Below the pieces are notes generated by a model. That model saw only the letters and a list, made by a program, of their open reading frames with translations, was not told where the DNA came from and did not search any database. From assembly GCA_904063045.1 (NCBI GenBank), contig CAJFCJ010000017.1:744001-808000 (forward strand): a DNA stretch of 64,000 nt, given 5' to 3'. Shown piece by piece: positions 1 through 13,604 of the stretch. Position numbers and translations under genes: made by a program. This DNA is from Dimorphilus gyrociliatus. Its lineage: Eukaryota; Animalia; Annelida. How positions within the stretch are numbered: the first letter of the stretch is position 1; each line of letters opens with the position of its first letter.

Positions 1-1267
1 CCTTGTCAATAGAGCTTCATCTTCAAAATGACAGTTCAAGACATTCCCAAATACACGCGAGAGGGGGAAAAAATCAACCAAATCCACGTTGAATCTCATA
101 TGACTAACCCTAAGCCCAACTAACAAGAAATGAAATTCCTAAGGGAAAGTTCCCCAAGTTGGTATGAAAAAGAAAAGGCAGCAAAAATTTACAAACACAA
201 ATTCTTTACATCTCTCTCTCTCTCCCTCTTTTTCTTTTGGCGAAAAGCTTAGATTATACAAAATGATATCAAATATTTATGTTCTAAATGATATGCGATA
301 CAAGTTATCTTTGTGTACATAAAAGTACTTTTAGTTGATTGATTTTTTTCCCCTTCATACACATTTTATTTCCGGTTTACTTAAATTGCAAATAAAAAAG
401 CTGTCAGTTTTTACATGTATGATTTATCATTTATATTGATTTATTCTTGACAAAGGCTTTTAAAATAAGCTTTATTCCAGGGTTTTATATCATTTTGTTT
501 TTATCTCTTCTCTTCTTTTTTTTTATATTGAATGATTGTTACGAAGACTATTTACAGGATGTTTTTATGAGTACATACTCAAAAGCGCCTATAAATATCT
601 TTCATTCTCTATCTCCTTCGAAATGATGGATTTATATTACCATATATACTATATATATAATATAGTATATTTATATTGTTTATATTGTATTGTTCTAAAT
701 GGTCAGCATACGGAACAATTAGATTAATAGTTTGCTTAAATAAGCAAAAGAAATTTCCTTAAAATCAACATTATCGTGTATATTTATATTCAATTGTGCC
801 AGCAAAGAAGTCTGTAGCATTTGATTTCTGTTTTTCATAAACATAGCTCACTAAGAAATTCGTCTGTAATAACATTTTCTTTATCAGTAGTAATATTTAT
901 CATAAACTATATATTTTTTAATGATGATTACAATTATTATTATTATTATTATGAGATCGAAACATCTTGAATCTTTTATTAGTGTGATGAATTACTTTCA
1001 TCTTTTTTTTTCCTGTTTAATTATTCATATCTTAAAGATTTATGAATAGCAAACCATATAAAACAAAAAAAATGATATTACGTAAATATTGAATGATTTT
1101 ATTAAATATGTAGATTTGATAGTATTACTCTAAATAGATATACTTGTAAACAAAACAATTATCAATCTATCTGATGTAACACACACTAAATTTAGTTTTT
1201 ATTTGAACAGCGGTTTACAGTTTCAAAGCCCTTTCCGGCTCCTGTTCATTGGTTAATTTCGGTAAGT

Positions 1268-1278
1268 AACGCCATCTA
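1268..1278 (-). promoter_or_regulatory. CTCF-core-like motif TAGATGGCGTT upstream of PRPF19
   Basis: About 70 bp upstream of the ATG. The identical 14-mer taacgccatctatc recurs at 8579-8592. It also resembles a YY1 CCAT core. Confidence 0.5.
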
Positions 1279-1346
1279 TCAATTCGAGAATTTTTAGAAT
1301 TCGTGAAAATTTGTTAAAATAAACGAACTTGTAGCAAGTTAACAAA

Positions 1347-3395
1347 ATGGCGCTTACGTGTGCGAGTAAGTAAACAAGTTTTTTGCTTTATTTTGCATAT
1401 TAGTATGTTATTTTTTGCGATTATTAGAATTAACTAATGCATTGTAATGAGAAAGTATAGTTTATAATTTGAAATTTGAAACAAAAATGTGTACAATAAC
1501 AAAAGTCTCACATTGGGCGATAAAAGGATACCGGGTGTATCGCATTCTCTACGTTTGGGTCTCGATAACCACCTGATGCTTATTTTTCAGTAAGTAACGA
1601 AGTTCCCGAACATCCTGTTATTTCACCTGTTTCGGGATGCATTTTTGAAAGGCGATTGGTAGAAAAGTATATAGCTGAAAATGGAGTGGACCCAATGAAC
1701 CATGAAAAGTTAAACGAAGATCAGCTAATACCTGTAAAAAGTGAGTGAGATACGATATATGACGTAACATAGATTATAAATATTAAATACTTTAGCTTCT
1801 ACATTGGTCAAGCCAAGACCACCATCAGCTACGAGCATTCCGGCTATTTTGAAATCGCTACAGGACGAATGGGTTAGTTTGATTTGTATATTGTTACAAT
1901 AAACAGAGGTAATGTAAGAAATTATTTTCTATCGCAGGATGCGGTTATGTTGCACAGTTTCACATTGAGGCAACAACTTCAAACGGCTAGACAGGGTGAG
2001 TGTTCTGAAGATAATTTTAAGTTTAACTTGACGTATAATTGCTTCAATAAATTCCTCAACAGAATTATCTCATGCTTTATATCAACACGACGCGGCTTGT
2101 AGAGTTATCGCTAGGCTTACGAAGGAAGTTACTGCCGCCAGAGAGGGTATTTTTATCTATTGTAATTATTTACTTATATTAAATTGATCAATTTCAACAT
2201 CTATAGCTCTGGCTACGCTTAAACCTCAAACTGGAGTTACACCCGCACAAACTCAGCCGACAGCAACAACAACTGTTGTTGCAGCTGCGGACCAAAGTGT
2301 CGAGGCTCAAACGTCAACAGGCATGACCGAGGAAATTTTAACAAAATTGCAAGATACCGCCGCAAAATTGACCTCAGAAAGAAAGAAACGTGGCAAGACC
2401 ATACCAGAGGGATTAGCGTCTACTGAACAAATTCAATCCTACAGAAAAATTGCTTCGAAAACCTCAAATCACAGTCCCAGCGTTCCAGGTATATTGTCTT
2501 TGGATATTTGCCCTAAGGATACGAATAAGATAATAACCGGAGGAAACGATAAGACCGCTGTTGTATATAATAAAGAAACAGATTGTTTAGTTGCCACTTT
2601 GAAGGGTCATTCAAAGAAGGTCACCCATGTTGTCTATCATCCGGAAGAAGAACTAGCCTTTACTGCTAGTCCAGATCAGACAATCCGCGTCTGGGGAGTT
2701 AAAGAGTCAAAGTGTGCTCACGTGATCAGAGCCCACGAAATGCCAGTTACGGGAATTTCTTTGCATGCAACGGGAGATTATCTGCTATCGTGTTCGCTGG
2801 ATGGTTATTGGGCCTTCTCAGATATAAGAAACGGGCGGGTTCTTACAAGAGTTGGCGATAAAAATTCCTCTGTACCTTTAACGTGCGCACAATTCCATCC
2901 GGACGGTCTTATTTTCGGAACGGGGACTGAGGATTCGACAATAAAGATTTGGGATTTGAAAGAACAGGCTAATGTGGCTAATTTCCCTGGAGATGCGGGG
3001 CCTATAACGTCCATTTCATTTTCGGAGAACGGTTATTACTTAGCGACGGCTGCTGATGATTCGACAGTAAAGTTGTGGGATTTACGTAAATTGAAAAATT
3101 TCAAGAATATTCAATTAGATGAGGGTTATGAGGTAAGGGTTTATTTATTAAAACATCCCGACTAGTTCTAAACAAGTTTTCTCGTTAGGTGAAATCTTTA
3201 TGCTTTGATCATTCTGGATCTTATTTGGGCGTAGCGGGAACGGATGTTCGAGTTTACGTTTGCAAACAGTGGTCGATGGTAAAGAGCTTTTACGATCATA
3301 CAGCTACGGCTACGGGAATAAGATTTGGTGAAAACAGTAACTTTATTGCGTCAACTGGAATGGATCGAGCCTTGATGTTTTACGCAGAAGGATGA
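1347..3395 (+). CDS. PRPF19: Pre-mRNA-processing factor 19 (U-box, coiled coil, WD40), multi-exon
   Basis: ATG at 1347 (MALTCA, donor gtaagt at 1366). Exon from 1591 encodes [35 protein letters not shown] (U-box). Middle exons give [53 protein letters not shown]40 repeats lie in 2323-3165 and 3189-3395; stop TGA at 3393-3395. Confidence 0.97.
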
Positions 3396-5144
3396 AAGGC
3401 TCACGTTTAGACTCATTTCCTTTTTTGTAGTAAATTTTTTTGTCACTTATATTACAGTTTTATCGACCATGTTTCGTAGTTAAATCAAACAACTGGCCGA
3501 CGCCCATTTTCTGTAATTTTAGACGTGAATGACCGCATTCAGCTAAACATTAAAAAAATAAAATATGATACCTTAAAAACGAGCGTCATTGATAATTCTC
3601 TACTCAAACTTAATAATAATGGCTAAACATCTGTCGTTTCTTATTACTAGACATGCGTTAAAAACGAACTATCTGCCACTTATCAGTTCCTAAACAGCCA
3701 CATAACTATTACAATCAAGCCAATTAATTAGCTAAACTTCTAGTGTATTTAGTACATTGAATGTACTGCTGATCTGTTTAGTTATACCAATATAATAGCC
3801 GTAAATTTTATGCCTACTTAAACTGCCATAAAGAATGCCTATCCCATTTACCAGCATATTACAGTTTGCTATAAACGAGATCTAAATATATACAGTATAT
3901 GTCTGTGTTTCTAATCTATATACGCGAACTGTGTAACTGTATCCGTACCAATTCAAAAAAGAGGTCAAAAACTTGGCGTTGACTAAAAGGTATTAGTCTA
4001 TTATGTTTCTCTATAAAGTAAATGAAGTATAATTTTCTATATAAAATTATATGGTTTGTACTTGTACTGCTCTACTACTATTGACGTAAGTTTGATGTCA
4101 CACAACAAATGAAGTTTTGCAAATTAATGAATATGTATGATTTATACATAGAAACGAAATATTTTAAAATTAATGTCTGCCATTGTCTTTCATGATTATC
4201 TTATTGCTCGTATTAACTTTTTATATAGAATTATCCTTAAAAACAATACAGCAGCGAACAATAATGAATATTTTTCAGTTTTAAAGGAACACAATGAGAA
4301 GAAATTGTTTTTTTTTTGTACCACAATAAACACTACTAAACGTATTTTTTTGTTCTCGTTTACACGTTAAATATTCCATATTTTATCAAAGCATAGAAGA
4401 ATAAAACAAAAAAAAGAAGAAAAAATAAAACAGTACAAGAATAAGCAGTAGCAATTTATCATCTACGAACCCAAATTTTCTGATACGTCATAAACAAACA
4501 AAAATAATTATGATAACAGGAAAAAGATGAAAATAAGCTTTGTAACATATTATAAGATAACAATACTGTATAAATGAATGTACATTATATATGAAAAAAT
4601 AAAAACATTCGACGACATTTTTAAGGAAATGAAATTCACGATAAAGAGTGCTGTTTCTTTTGTTTTTTTTTCTTTGTGTTTGTTTACACTTAATAAAAAA
4701 AAGTTACATTTTGTTTTTATAATCAATCAAAAAATTCGTTATTCTTTTTTTTATCTTTATTTATTTCTTATTTTTTTTGTTTTTGTCTCTTTTAAACTTA
4801 ATTTCGATTTGTTCTAATTAGAAAAAAAATTTGCATGAAGAATATAACTTTTTCTCTTCTGTTTTTCATCTAAATTATTAAGTTAAAGCATATTTTTTTT
4901 CTATATCCATTTAGTTAGAAATTTCTTTAAAAAAAGCACCCAAAAGTAGAAAAAACTTTCATTTATGTTTGTTTTTCTTTTTACAATAGAAAAGCATAAA
5001 ACTATATATATATATATATATAGATTTATGTATATACATACATACATATGTAACTTTAAATTAAAAAAAAAAAAAAAGAAAAAAATCTTTCATATTCTCT
5101 TTTACATCGAAAACTGCTGAAGAAACAAGCAGTAATGAGATTTT

Positions 5145-8100
5145 CTAAGCTGTTAAAAATGCAATAAACGTTAATATTGGACAATATGCCCAAATGGAAT
5201 GAAATTTATTTTACCATTAGCATTATTACGATCCGAAGAAAATTTGTGCTTCATATCATCGTCTCTGTTGTTTTCAAGAATACGATAATTAATAAGGTAT
5301 ATAGGTAGACATATATAATTTTGTCATTATAAAACAATTATATATAATCAATATGAGAAAATAGAAAAAAGGAAAGATAAACGAATAGAATAGAATGAAA
5401 GCAAAATTTTATCCATAGAGAAAACGAGAAAAAACACTTTTCTACACTAATATTTTATGGAAAAACATTCAAAAAGTTTACTTTGGCAAACGTGAAATTA
5501 AAGTATAAAAGCTCAATGAAAACAAATAAATAGCGAAAAATAAATAAAATGGCAAATACTCACTCTGTTGGCACTTTCTTCGCTCCTATAAAAATTGTAT
5601 GAAACAAAAAACGGAAATAAATTGACATGCTCTCGTCTATAGGCCTAAACTAAATCATTGTATTGTTTTTTTTAATCGTTATTCCTTTAAGAGGAGGTTG
5701 AAGACTAGAGCAACATTATCTACTCTTTTTTTCTGTTGCTGTAGACTAGTAGTACAGAGTTAAAAGAGGTCAAAAATAAGGAAAAAATAAAACTACAGAG
5801 AGAGAGAGAGAGTAGTACAGTCTACAATTTACTTGGAATGATGTACAACTATAAATATCTATGCAATATACAACTATATATATATATATATATATATTAT
5901 ACTGTATATACATACTTATGTGTAATATATACAGTATAAACGTTTCGTATATACTATAAAAAATAGCTAACCTGTTTGTGACTTCTTGCGACAGTAGTAG
6001 ACGACAACGGCACCGACAATGACTAGAATGATAAGGCATATCACAACGCCAGCTGCAATGGCTGCTGTTTGCGAATTGCCTAATAGAAAATGTAAAGAGA
6101 AATTCGATTAATGAAGTAGAATTGTAACATAAAATAAAAGGGAAAATAAATTGTAAGAAAAAGGAACCTATCTCCCTCACCTGCTTCCGTTTTCTCTTCT
6201 TTTATATTATCTACCACGATATTAAAGGACACTTTTCTTTCCACTCCTTTAAAACTATTCGGATTAAAGAAAAACATAATAAAGAAAAGGATATAGAATT
6301 TAGTTAAGTTGTACAACAAACGGATGAGCAAAAAAAAAGAAAATGACAAAATGCGCCAATAGAATACTCAATTTTAATTTGTTTGCAAATTAGAATTGAC
6401 TATCTTTTCCTTACCCCTTCGACTCGACTTTACAAGTAAAATTCCTTCGAACTTTTCTCTGTTCGCCATGTTTCTCTGGTATTGCATCTTTGAATAAGCT
6501 CCTATCAAAAATTAATTGTTCTCCTTCCCCAACTTTCTCTTCCGTCTCATCGGAAATCCAATATATGTTTGGTTTAGGATTGCTTTCGACAATGCATCTA
6601 ACCGTTTGAGGTATTCTATATTCAGTTTGATCAGGTTCGATAGAAACTACTCTTGACATATCTATAATTTATTAAGTAGTAAAGTTTTTTAGCTATTATC
6701 ATTTTCTAAGATATAACACTGATAAAAAGAACAATAACTTACATTGTACATTTAATTTTTTAACGCATTCGGTAAGTAGGCTAAGGGTTGATTCAACACC
6801 AGACTGGAGCATATATTTCATTTTTAAATCCTGACCATTCATATTCCTTGTAAGAGTTAACTTAAGAAAAAAATTAGAAAGGATAATCATTAGCATACAG
6901 TATATTTGACTATTCGAATTCAAGCTTACATTAACTCGTTGCTTATACTTTTGTAGTCTGAAATTAATTAGCAAATATTTAAATAAGCCTTCATTCATTA
7001 ATGATAAATATAAACAATTTACATACTCTTATATAGTAGTACAGTACTATAAAAAAGAGAATAATATTTATACACTTACTCTGCACTGTCTCCAACGACG
7101 ATATCTCTTTCAGTTAATTTCTTATTATTTAGAACTCTGTTCAAAGATAAATAGCAAATGTGTAATTTGTCAGACAATATTCAACAAAAAGTGCGTCTGT
7201 TTTATATAACGCTTGTTCTTTTCCTTCTTTTATTTGTTATCTAATATATAATATACTGTTAATAAAAGTAATACTTACGCTATCCATGATCCATCTGTCA
7301 TATCTTTGTCCATTGTAGATAATTCAACAGAATGCATAAATGAAATTTTCTCTCCTTCTTTACTATCAGCCGAGTTGCTTTCGCATGATTCTTTCTCTGA
7401 AAAGAAGAGAATTTAGGATTTCAAGTTGAACAAATTAAATTGTGATTTAAAGAGACAAAAAGACATAATTAAAGTTGAAATAAAAGTGGAATAGAACCTT
7501 TTAAAGCTATAAATGTCAAAAACCTATTGAAGCGATATTTTAGAAATAACCGATTCTAGTAACGATACGGAACATTAGAATGCATTAGAAAGAGAAAAAA
7601 ACCATCATTTTTATCAGGCGACTAACAGGAAACTTTTAAGTCGTATAGATCTGCCGCATTGATGGGTTAATAGATCGGTAAAACACCGTTTAATTAGACG
7701 GCTATATTTAGTAATTTTCTTTTATTCATACAACTACACATTTACTATATAATAATAGAACTAGTGTACTAAAAAAACGCAAAAATTTCCCTATGAGAAA
7801 TGAGGTATTAAAGAAATATATACAAATAAACAATCGTTTAGAATAACATAGAAGGGTGGATTGTAAAAAGAATAACAATAGGATTATATAGTAGGTTATA
7901 ATCGCATAAAACTTGAAAAATAAAAACCTATCTAAAAAATATGAATAGCATTTTCTATTCAATAGCAATAGATAAAAATAAAACTAAGGTATGCTTAACT
8001 TTACTATAATGTATTAATGATTTTCAAGAGCATTTAAAAAAGTATAAAGTAATAAAATACTAGTAAATAGATAGTGTTTTTTTTTCTATATTTATAAAGA

Positions 8101-11100
8101 ATAAAGCAAGCAAAGACTTACCAACAAAATGAAATCCAAAATCTAAAAGATTTGATTCTACTGTGCAACTAAATTTCATGGATTTGGCAAATTTTTTAGT
8201 AATATCTTTGGAAATGTATAATATTGGAACTGATAGATCATTCTCTTTAGCAATGATAATATCGGATACACCGAGATCTTTCCATTTCTCATTTTGTAGC
8301 ATAGTCTGTTAACAGATGTAAATATATATAATTTTTATTTATATAAACTGTACACTTTGACTAATCAGATAATTAATGATTGATTAATGCTTACGCCGTC
8401 GTCAAAAATTTTCTCGCCGTTTACGGAAAATACCACTCCCTTGTAGAGATAAGCTTTACCGTATGAGCAGGTAAATGGGTAGTCTTCTTTCACTCCAGTC
8501 TCCCGAAATACATGATATACCATCGGTTGCAATTTAGCCAACGTAGCTGTATTTAGAAAAGGTATATAATTGTCAAATTAACGCCATCTATCGATTTCCT
8601 ATTTTTATTGAAATTCGACGACGGTGAGCGGATTCGGGCAGTAATTAGACGGCTAGGTTGTCCCGGGGGATCTTTAGTTCGTTCTTTTGTGATGAAAGAG
8701 GGAAAAGATATCTGTCAACACGAGCAGATGTCATCTCCCTTACCGTTTTTAATTTTTCTATTTGGATATACACCTGCTCTTAGTCAGAGTGTTTTAAAGT
8801 ATTAGCCCACTTCTATATACGTCAAAAATGTTCGTTTGAGCGTAAAGGCGATAAAAGACTGCAATATGGACATATACGGACTCAAGCCGATTAATCAAAA
8901 AGAGAACGACAAATATTATACGCGACCGGATAGCAATTTATATGGATTTTTGCTGACGTAGGAAGTTGAACAAACCGGACAAATAAGGGGGAACAGCTGC
9001 CCTTCATCAACTAACTCAAACCCATTTTAGTTAATCTCTCTAATCGCTACTGCCACCACGCCCGAAACTTTCGTCCCTTTCTTCTGTTTCGACTTGACAA
9101 ACAAAAAAAAATTTCTAGAGCGCGTGTAGCGCGCAACCCTAGTACGCGTCTTCCACATGTTGAACAGATTGCCTCGATTCTTTCCGGCTTGATGCCTGCC
9201 CACCAAACGGCTTTTTGCAGGTGCAGGGCGCTAGATTTATAGTAAACAGAACGTCTAAGGCGAATTTCACAGACTGACAAACAATTACTTGGGAATCAAG
9301 TCTGTTTGTCACACAGAGCTTTGGTCAACAGATACGCTCTCTTTATCGAAGAATTTATGAGAGCTATATAGAGATTAGGGAAAGTTCTTTACTCTTTATT
9401 CCGGTCTTAAAGCAAACATTTATAACAAACAAAACTCTTTGTAACGTCAGAATATATGGAGATAGTTTATACCACGACAAGGAATGTATATCAGGGCGTT
9501 GATAGGATACATAAATCTGCGACTTGGGACTAATTTTAGAGCGGTTCGTATTGCACACATGCTATTTCCTATTAAGGACGATCCCCTCTTTTTCAATCTG
9601 GTAAACAAACACGCAAACAATTTGACAAAGCTGTTTGTTTCGGACGGGGAGTATGGCGGTAGAGTACTGAATCAACTGTGGAACATCAGAAGGTCAGCGA
9701 CGATATTCTACAGAGATCCGTCTTTGTCTTTATCAACCCAATGTAAATGAGACGTTGCTATTTTTAGTAGCCTCAAGTGTCGTAATTAAGTCAAAATCGC
9801 AACTTAGGCAGATGGCGCTTCGAAAAAGGGGAAAAATCGAATTAGTTTTCCCCAATAGCAGAAAAGGAAACGCCTTACCAAAAAGGCGCGGCATTCGAAA
9901 CAGGCCCCATCCCGGCTTTTCTAACGTAACTGTAGAACCTACTACAAACAGACGACCTAGTTCTTGGTGTATACGGTGAGATTAGCGAAAAAATTGCAGT
10001 TGAGCTTAATGGTTAGCGGATAAAGCTCTCTTATCGCACTACCAATGATAAGTCATATCTTATCTCAAAATTGGTCAGTCTGTACAGGCAGTAAAAATGA
10101 AAAAAGGATATGAAGGTGTTGTAAATTATTTCACTAGAACAATAGCGTATTGAAGCTATTTCAACCGCTAGATCAACTTCTTAGTGTGGAAATATGCGCA
10201 ACAAAGGTCATTGGTTCTGTTTGCAGACAAACTGGAAAACGTGAAAACCGTACAGAACGGACGCCTTTGTTTAGACAAACAACATCACTTCCATTTTGGT
10301 ACAAGCCGTCGAAAACGAACGCGTCAATCATTTCTCGGCACGTTCTACATACAAACTCGAGACAAACTATTGAAATCGACCGGCCGACATCTGTACGCGC
10401 CTTAGGCCTACTTCACATTATCGACCGACATTTAAATAAAAAGTGTAAAATATCTTGTGGTAGGGCAGATTGAAGTGGAAAGAAAAAGGAAATAAAGACA
10501 GCCGAGCGCTCAACTGGATAATCCGTCGACCCTAATCCACTGGGCCGGAAACGGGGCCGAATAAGTGGAATTGGCGGGTAGACGGCAAAGTAACGAAATC
10601 AACGGCCGGGACGCTTATCTTCATAATCTATAGCGCGATCAATAAATCCGATGCAGAGCGATATTACGCCGTATTAGAGGCGTTTGAGGGGAGTAGAGAG
10701 GAACGTTTGGAATTCGTGCTTGAGGTTGAAATCGAACAGACGGACAATTTATTATCTCGTGCACGCGAAAAAAAAGCTCTCTTTGCCAAAATATGACCTG
10801 AACATAAAAGAATCTATGTTCTAGGTTATAATGGTATATTCAACAGATAGACATCAAACATTCATTCATTCATTCTACTGTTTGTTCTATTAGTGTAAAA
10901 TAGTAGTATATAGACCTAGTTTTTTTCGCCGAAATAATAAAGGCAGTAATGTCGTATTCCCAAGACGGTCGTTTTTAATCAAAATCTTTGGCGCCTTGTG
11001 GCGTACCTAGCTGCGGGATATCGACACAAGCAAACTCTTTACTTTCGTCGATTGAGGGCCGAAAAAAGGCGACCAAACATCAGTAAAACTAAGGTAAACA

Positions 11101-13423
11101 TTAACGACAGCTCGATACTCGAAAACGAATCAATAAAATTTGATTATTTGCGCTTCAGTAGTAATGAGCGATATTATAAAGTATTTTTCTCCTACACTAA
11201 AGTCGTTTATTACAAAAGTGTAAACCATAAAAAATATCTGTTAAGGATATTCGACATTTTATGCCGATATTTACCTGATATCAACTGCTGGACTGAGGTC
11301 AGAGGTCGATAAGCGCTATGCAAATAGAACACGCGTTTCTAGGCCTAAACTCTTAACGTACTACAGCTGTTCAAAAGGGCGGCGACTGTCTGTTTACAGT
11401 GATCTTTACGCAATTCGGCCGAGGCGAAGAAATTTTGTAAAAATAGCCCTAAGGGCCGACAATATAAATGGAGCGCGAGGCGATTTTCTAAAGAAAAGGG
11501 TAAAAAGATTGGGGAACGGGGGAGATGAGTGCCACTTCATTCCCTTTATTATAACCGAGAAAGTCGATTATGGAAAGGAGAGAGTGAGATAGAGAACAAT
11601 TTTTACATTTTTAGGGCCTAGATGATGAGGGAGATGGTAAATAAAGAGGCTCACGAACCCTGTTTACGTTTCATGCGAAAATTCCGAAATGGATATATAG
11701 CCTATTTTTCAAGCTCGAGTAAACATCGAATGGAGTCGAAATTGATTCTTATCTTGCTGCTCTTTTTTTGCCATTCTAGCGAAACGTTAAACCGTATAAG
11801 GGCGGGTGGAATTCAAAAAGAAAAGAAAAATATAGAATATGACTCGAAAAATGAAAATCGATCTTTCGTCTAAGTTGACCGATTACCGTGATTAAACGCC
11901 CAATAGACGCCCTACAATTAAATGTATTCTTCTCACCCTCTTTCGACTTCTCCTCTATAATGTGTGTACAGCTGCGATTTTGAACGTATAATAATATTTT
12001 CTCTTTGTTCAGCTGCGGATGATATTCATAAATATATCCCTTTAAGTTGTCAACCGTGACGAATTCCATTAGTCTTTCATGCTTTTCAACCCTCGAAAGT
12101 TTGGGGAAAAACGAAAGCTATTGCATAATACCTTTCCGTTTATACAGTAATAAACCGTTAAATAGTATCGCGTGACTAACGAGGAAATGTTTACAGATTT
12201 ACGCTTTGGTTCGAAAACTGGAAGCTCAAACGGGAGCTTTTTTTTTTCTTCAACTTCCGGATAACGGGAGAAAGGAAATATTGCGTGATAGGAAGGGGAG
12301 GGAGGGAGTGAGTGAGTGAGGGATTGAGTGAGTGAGTGAGTGAGAGAGTGAATGAGCGACTGAGTTAGAGAGACGGGGTAGAGGGAACGGGTGGTGAATT
12401 GAAATAAAAGAATAAAGATAAAAGTATAAATAAAACTGAAATCACACCCTGTCGAGATAATCCGTTCTAATCTTCTCCCGGAGATAGGTTATTAGTCGAA
12501 TACAATAAACTCTGTCTCTTAATTAAAACGTTCAAAACAGGAATACTTGAGTGAAAAAGACTTACTGCACTCCACTATCAATTAAGTAGGACGGAGAATA
12601 AACAAATCGTCTTGTAGGCCTTTTTTCCCCTTTTGAATAATTAACGAGTGTCATCTCTATAGCGATAAAACAATTTGTTCCTAGTTCGTACTATTTTATA
12701 GATATCTATATATGTATATATAGATATAGACATGTATATATATAGTATATAGTAACCAAATCAAAAATCCATCCGGCGCAGGCTGCCATTAATCCCGAAT
12801 AAAAATGCAATCGTTTTCGTTTGTATAAGCCTAGTTACACTACATCGCCTAGTTGGGCGTAAGATTGAACAGGTGTTTGTAAAAAAATATATTCTAAAAA
12901 AATATAGCATCACGTGGCTTACATTCGGTTTTGTGAATGAAAAATTATACCTACTCAACTTACAATTAATCAAATTGTCAAACCCCGATTTGTGAGTTTG
13001 AATATCTATTCATCGACTCTCGTAAAAGAAAAAGCAGATACCGCCTGTTTTCATTTTGTGTTGTTATCTAGTGATAAAAGAACTTTATGCCCTCTTCCAG
13101 ATACGTTCGAACGTAACTTTACGTAAGCGAAAAATACGTCGGACGTGATTCGGCATCGTTATGTAACCGAAGGTGAAAGCGGGAACAAACACCAATAATA
13201 AGGGGAAATGTTGATTTAAACTCTGGTAGGCGTTAGTAGAATGCAAACAAAACGAGTTAATTAATCAAGAGAGAAATTTGAGAAGATTTGGCGGGCGTCC
13301 CGAAAAACCGCCCCTACTATAAAAAAAGCTATCGTAAAACGCTCTCGAATTTCTCGCGCCAAAAAAATGAATCAACTTACCTCCAATTATAAAAGACAGA
13401 AGCAAAGCTGATATTAAACGCAT
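5145..13423 (-). CDS. Ig-superfamily single-pass cell-surface protein (~401 aa: signal peptide, 3 divergent Ig-like domains, TM, short tail); fasciclin-3/nectin/kirrel-like architecture
   Basis: 13 phase-compatible GT-AG exons: 13381-13423, 8395-8546, 8122-8305, 7279-7396, 7080-7136, 6930-6957, 6743-6860, 6415-6661, 6181-6254, 5972-6079, 5564-5585, 5215-5264, 5145-5149. Signal peptide MRLISALLLSFIIGA. Ig-type motifs FTCSYG..FSCTVES, LTLTRNMNGQ, LNVQY and CIVESNPKPNIYW..FTCKV. TM segment AAIAAGVVICLIILVIVGAVVVYY followed by CRKK. Confidence 0.82.
12306..12352. repeat. (GAGT)n/GA-rich simple repeat
   Basis: gagtgagtgagtgagggattgagtgagtgagtgagtgagagagtg, inside intron 1 of the Ig gene. Confidence 0.85.
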
Positions 13424-13559
13424 TGTTCTGATAGTCTCGTTAAATAAACCAGAAAAGTCTTCTTTTTATCCGTTATTTTTTTAGAAAGTTTCGCAGTCTT
13501 CAGTCGATGTCTGATCCAGCTCGAGATCGGGATTGCAATGACCGGTTAGCAACCGCACA

Positions 13560-13604
13560 GGCGACATCTATTGTTGGATTATTTTTACACCAAAAGATGG
13601 TGCT
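13560..13604. promoter_or_regulatory. Divergent pair of CTCF-core-like motifs upstream of the Ig gene
   Basis: TAGATGTCGCC (minus, 13560-13570) and AAGATGGTGCT (plus, 13594-13604), 140-180 bp upstream of the ATG at 13423. Confidence 0.4.

Noticed and set aside
1523-1531. GTATCCTTT (U12 donor consensus) on the minus strand; another at 35969-35977
   Set aside because: The first is antisense to PRPF19 and the second lies in the SF3A3 promoter. Neither has a matching TCCTTAAC branch site or exon context.
1500-1590. C/D snoRNA-like segment in PRPF19 intron 1 (small stem, CTGA near the end)
   Set aside because: No RTGATGA C box; the CTGAT lies about 13 nt from the 3' AG and is better explained as the branch point.
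536-4817. Short F/I/L/Y-rich ORFs in AT-rich spacers (536-727, 4173-4370, 4578-4817 and similar elsewhere)
   Set aside because: The composition reflects poly-T/AT low-complexity UTR or intergenic DNA; no splice-compatible partners.
11776-12118. Minus-strand ORF inside the Ig gene intron as an extra Ig exon
   Set aside because: Its apparent splice phases (0/0) do not fit the phase-1 intron, the Ig motifs are unconvincing, and the gene model is complete without it.
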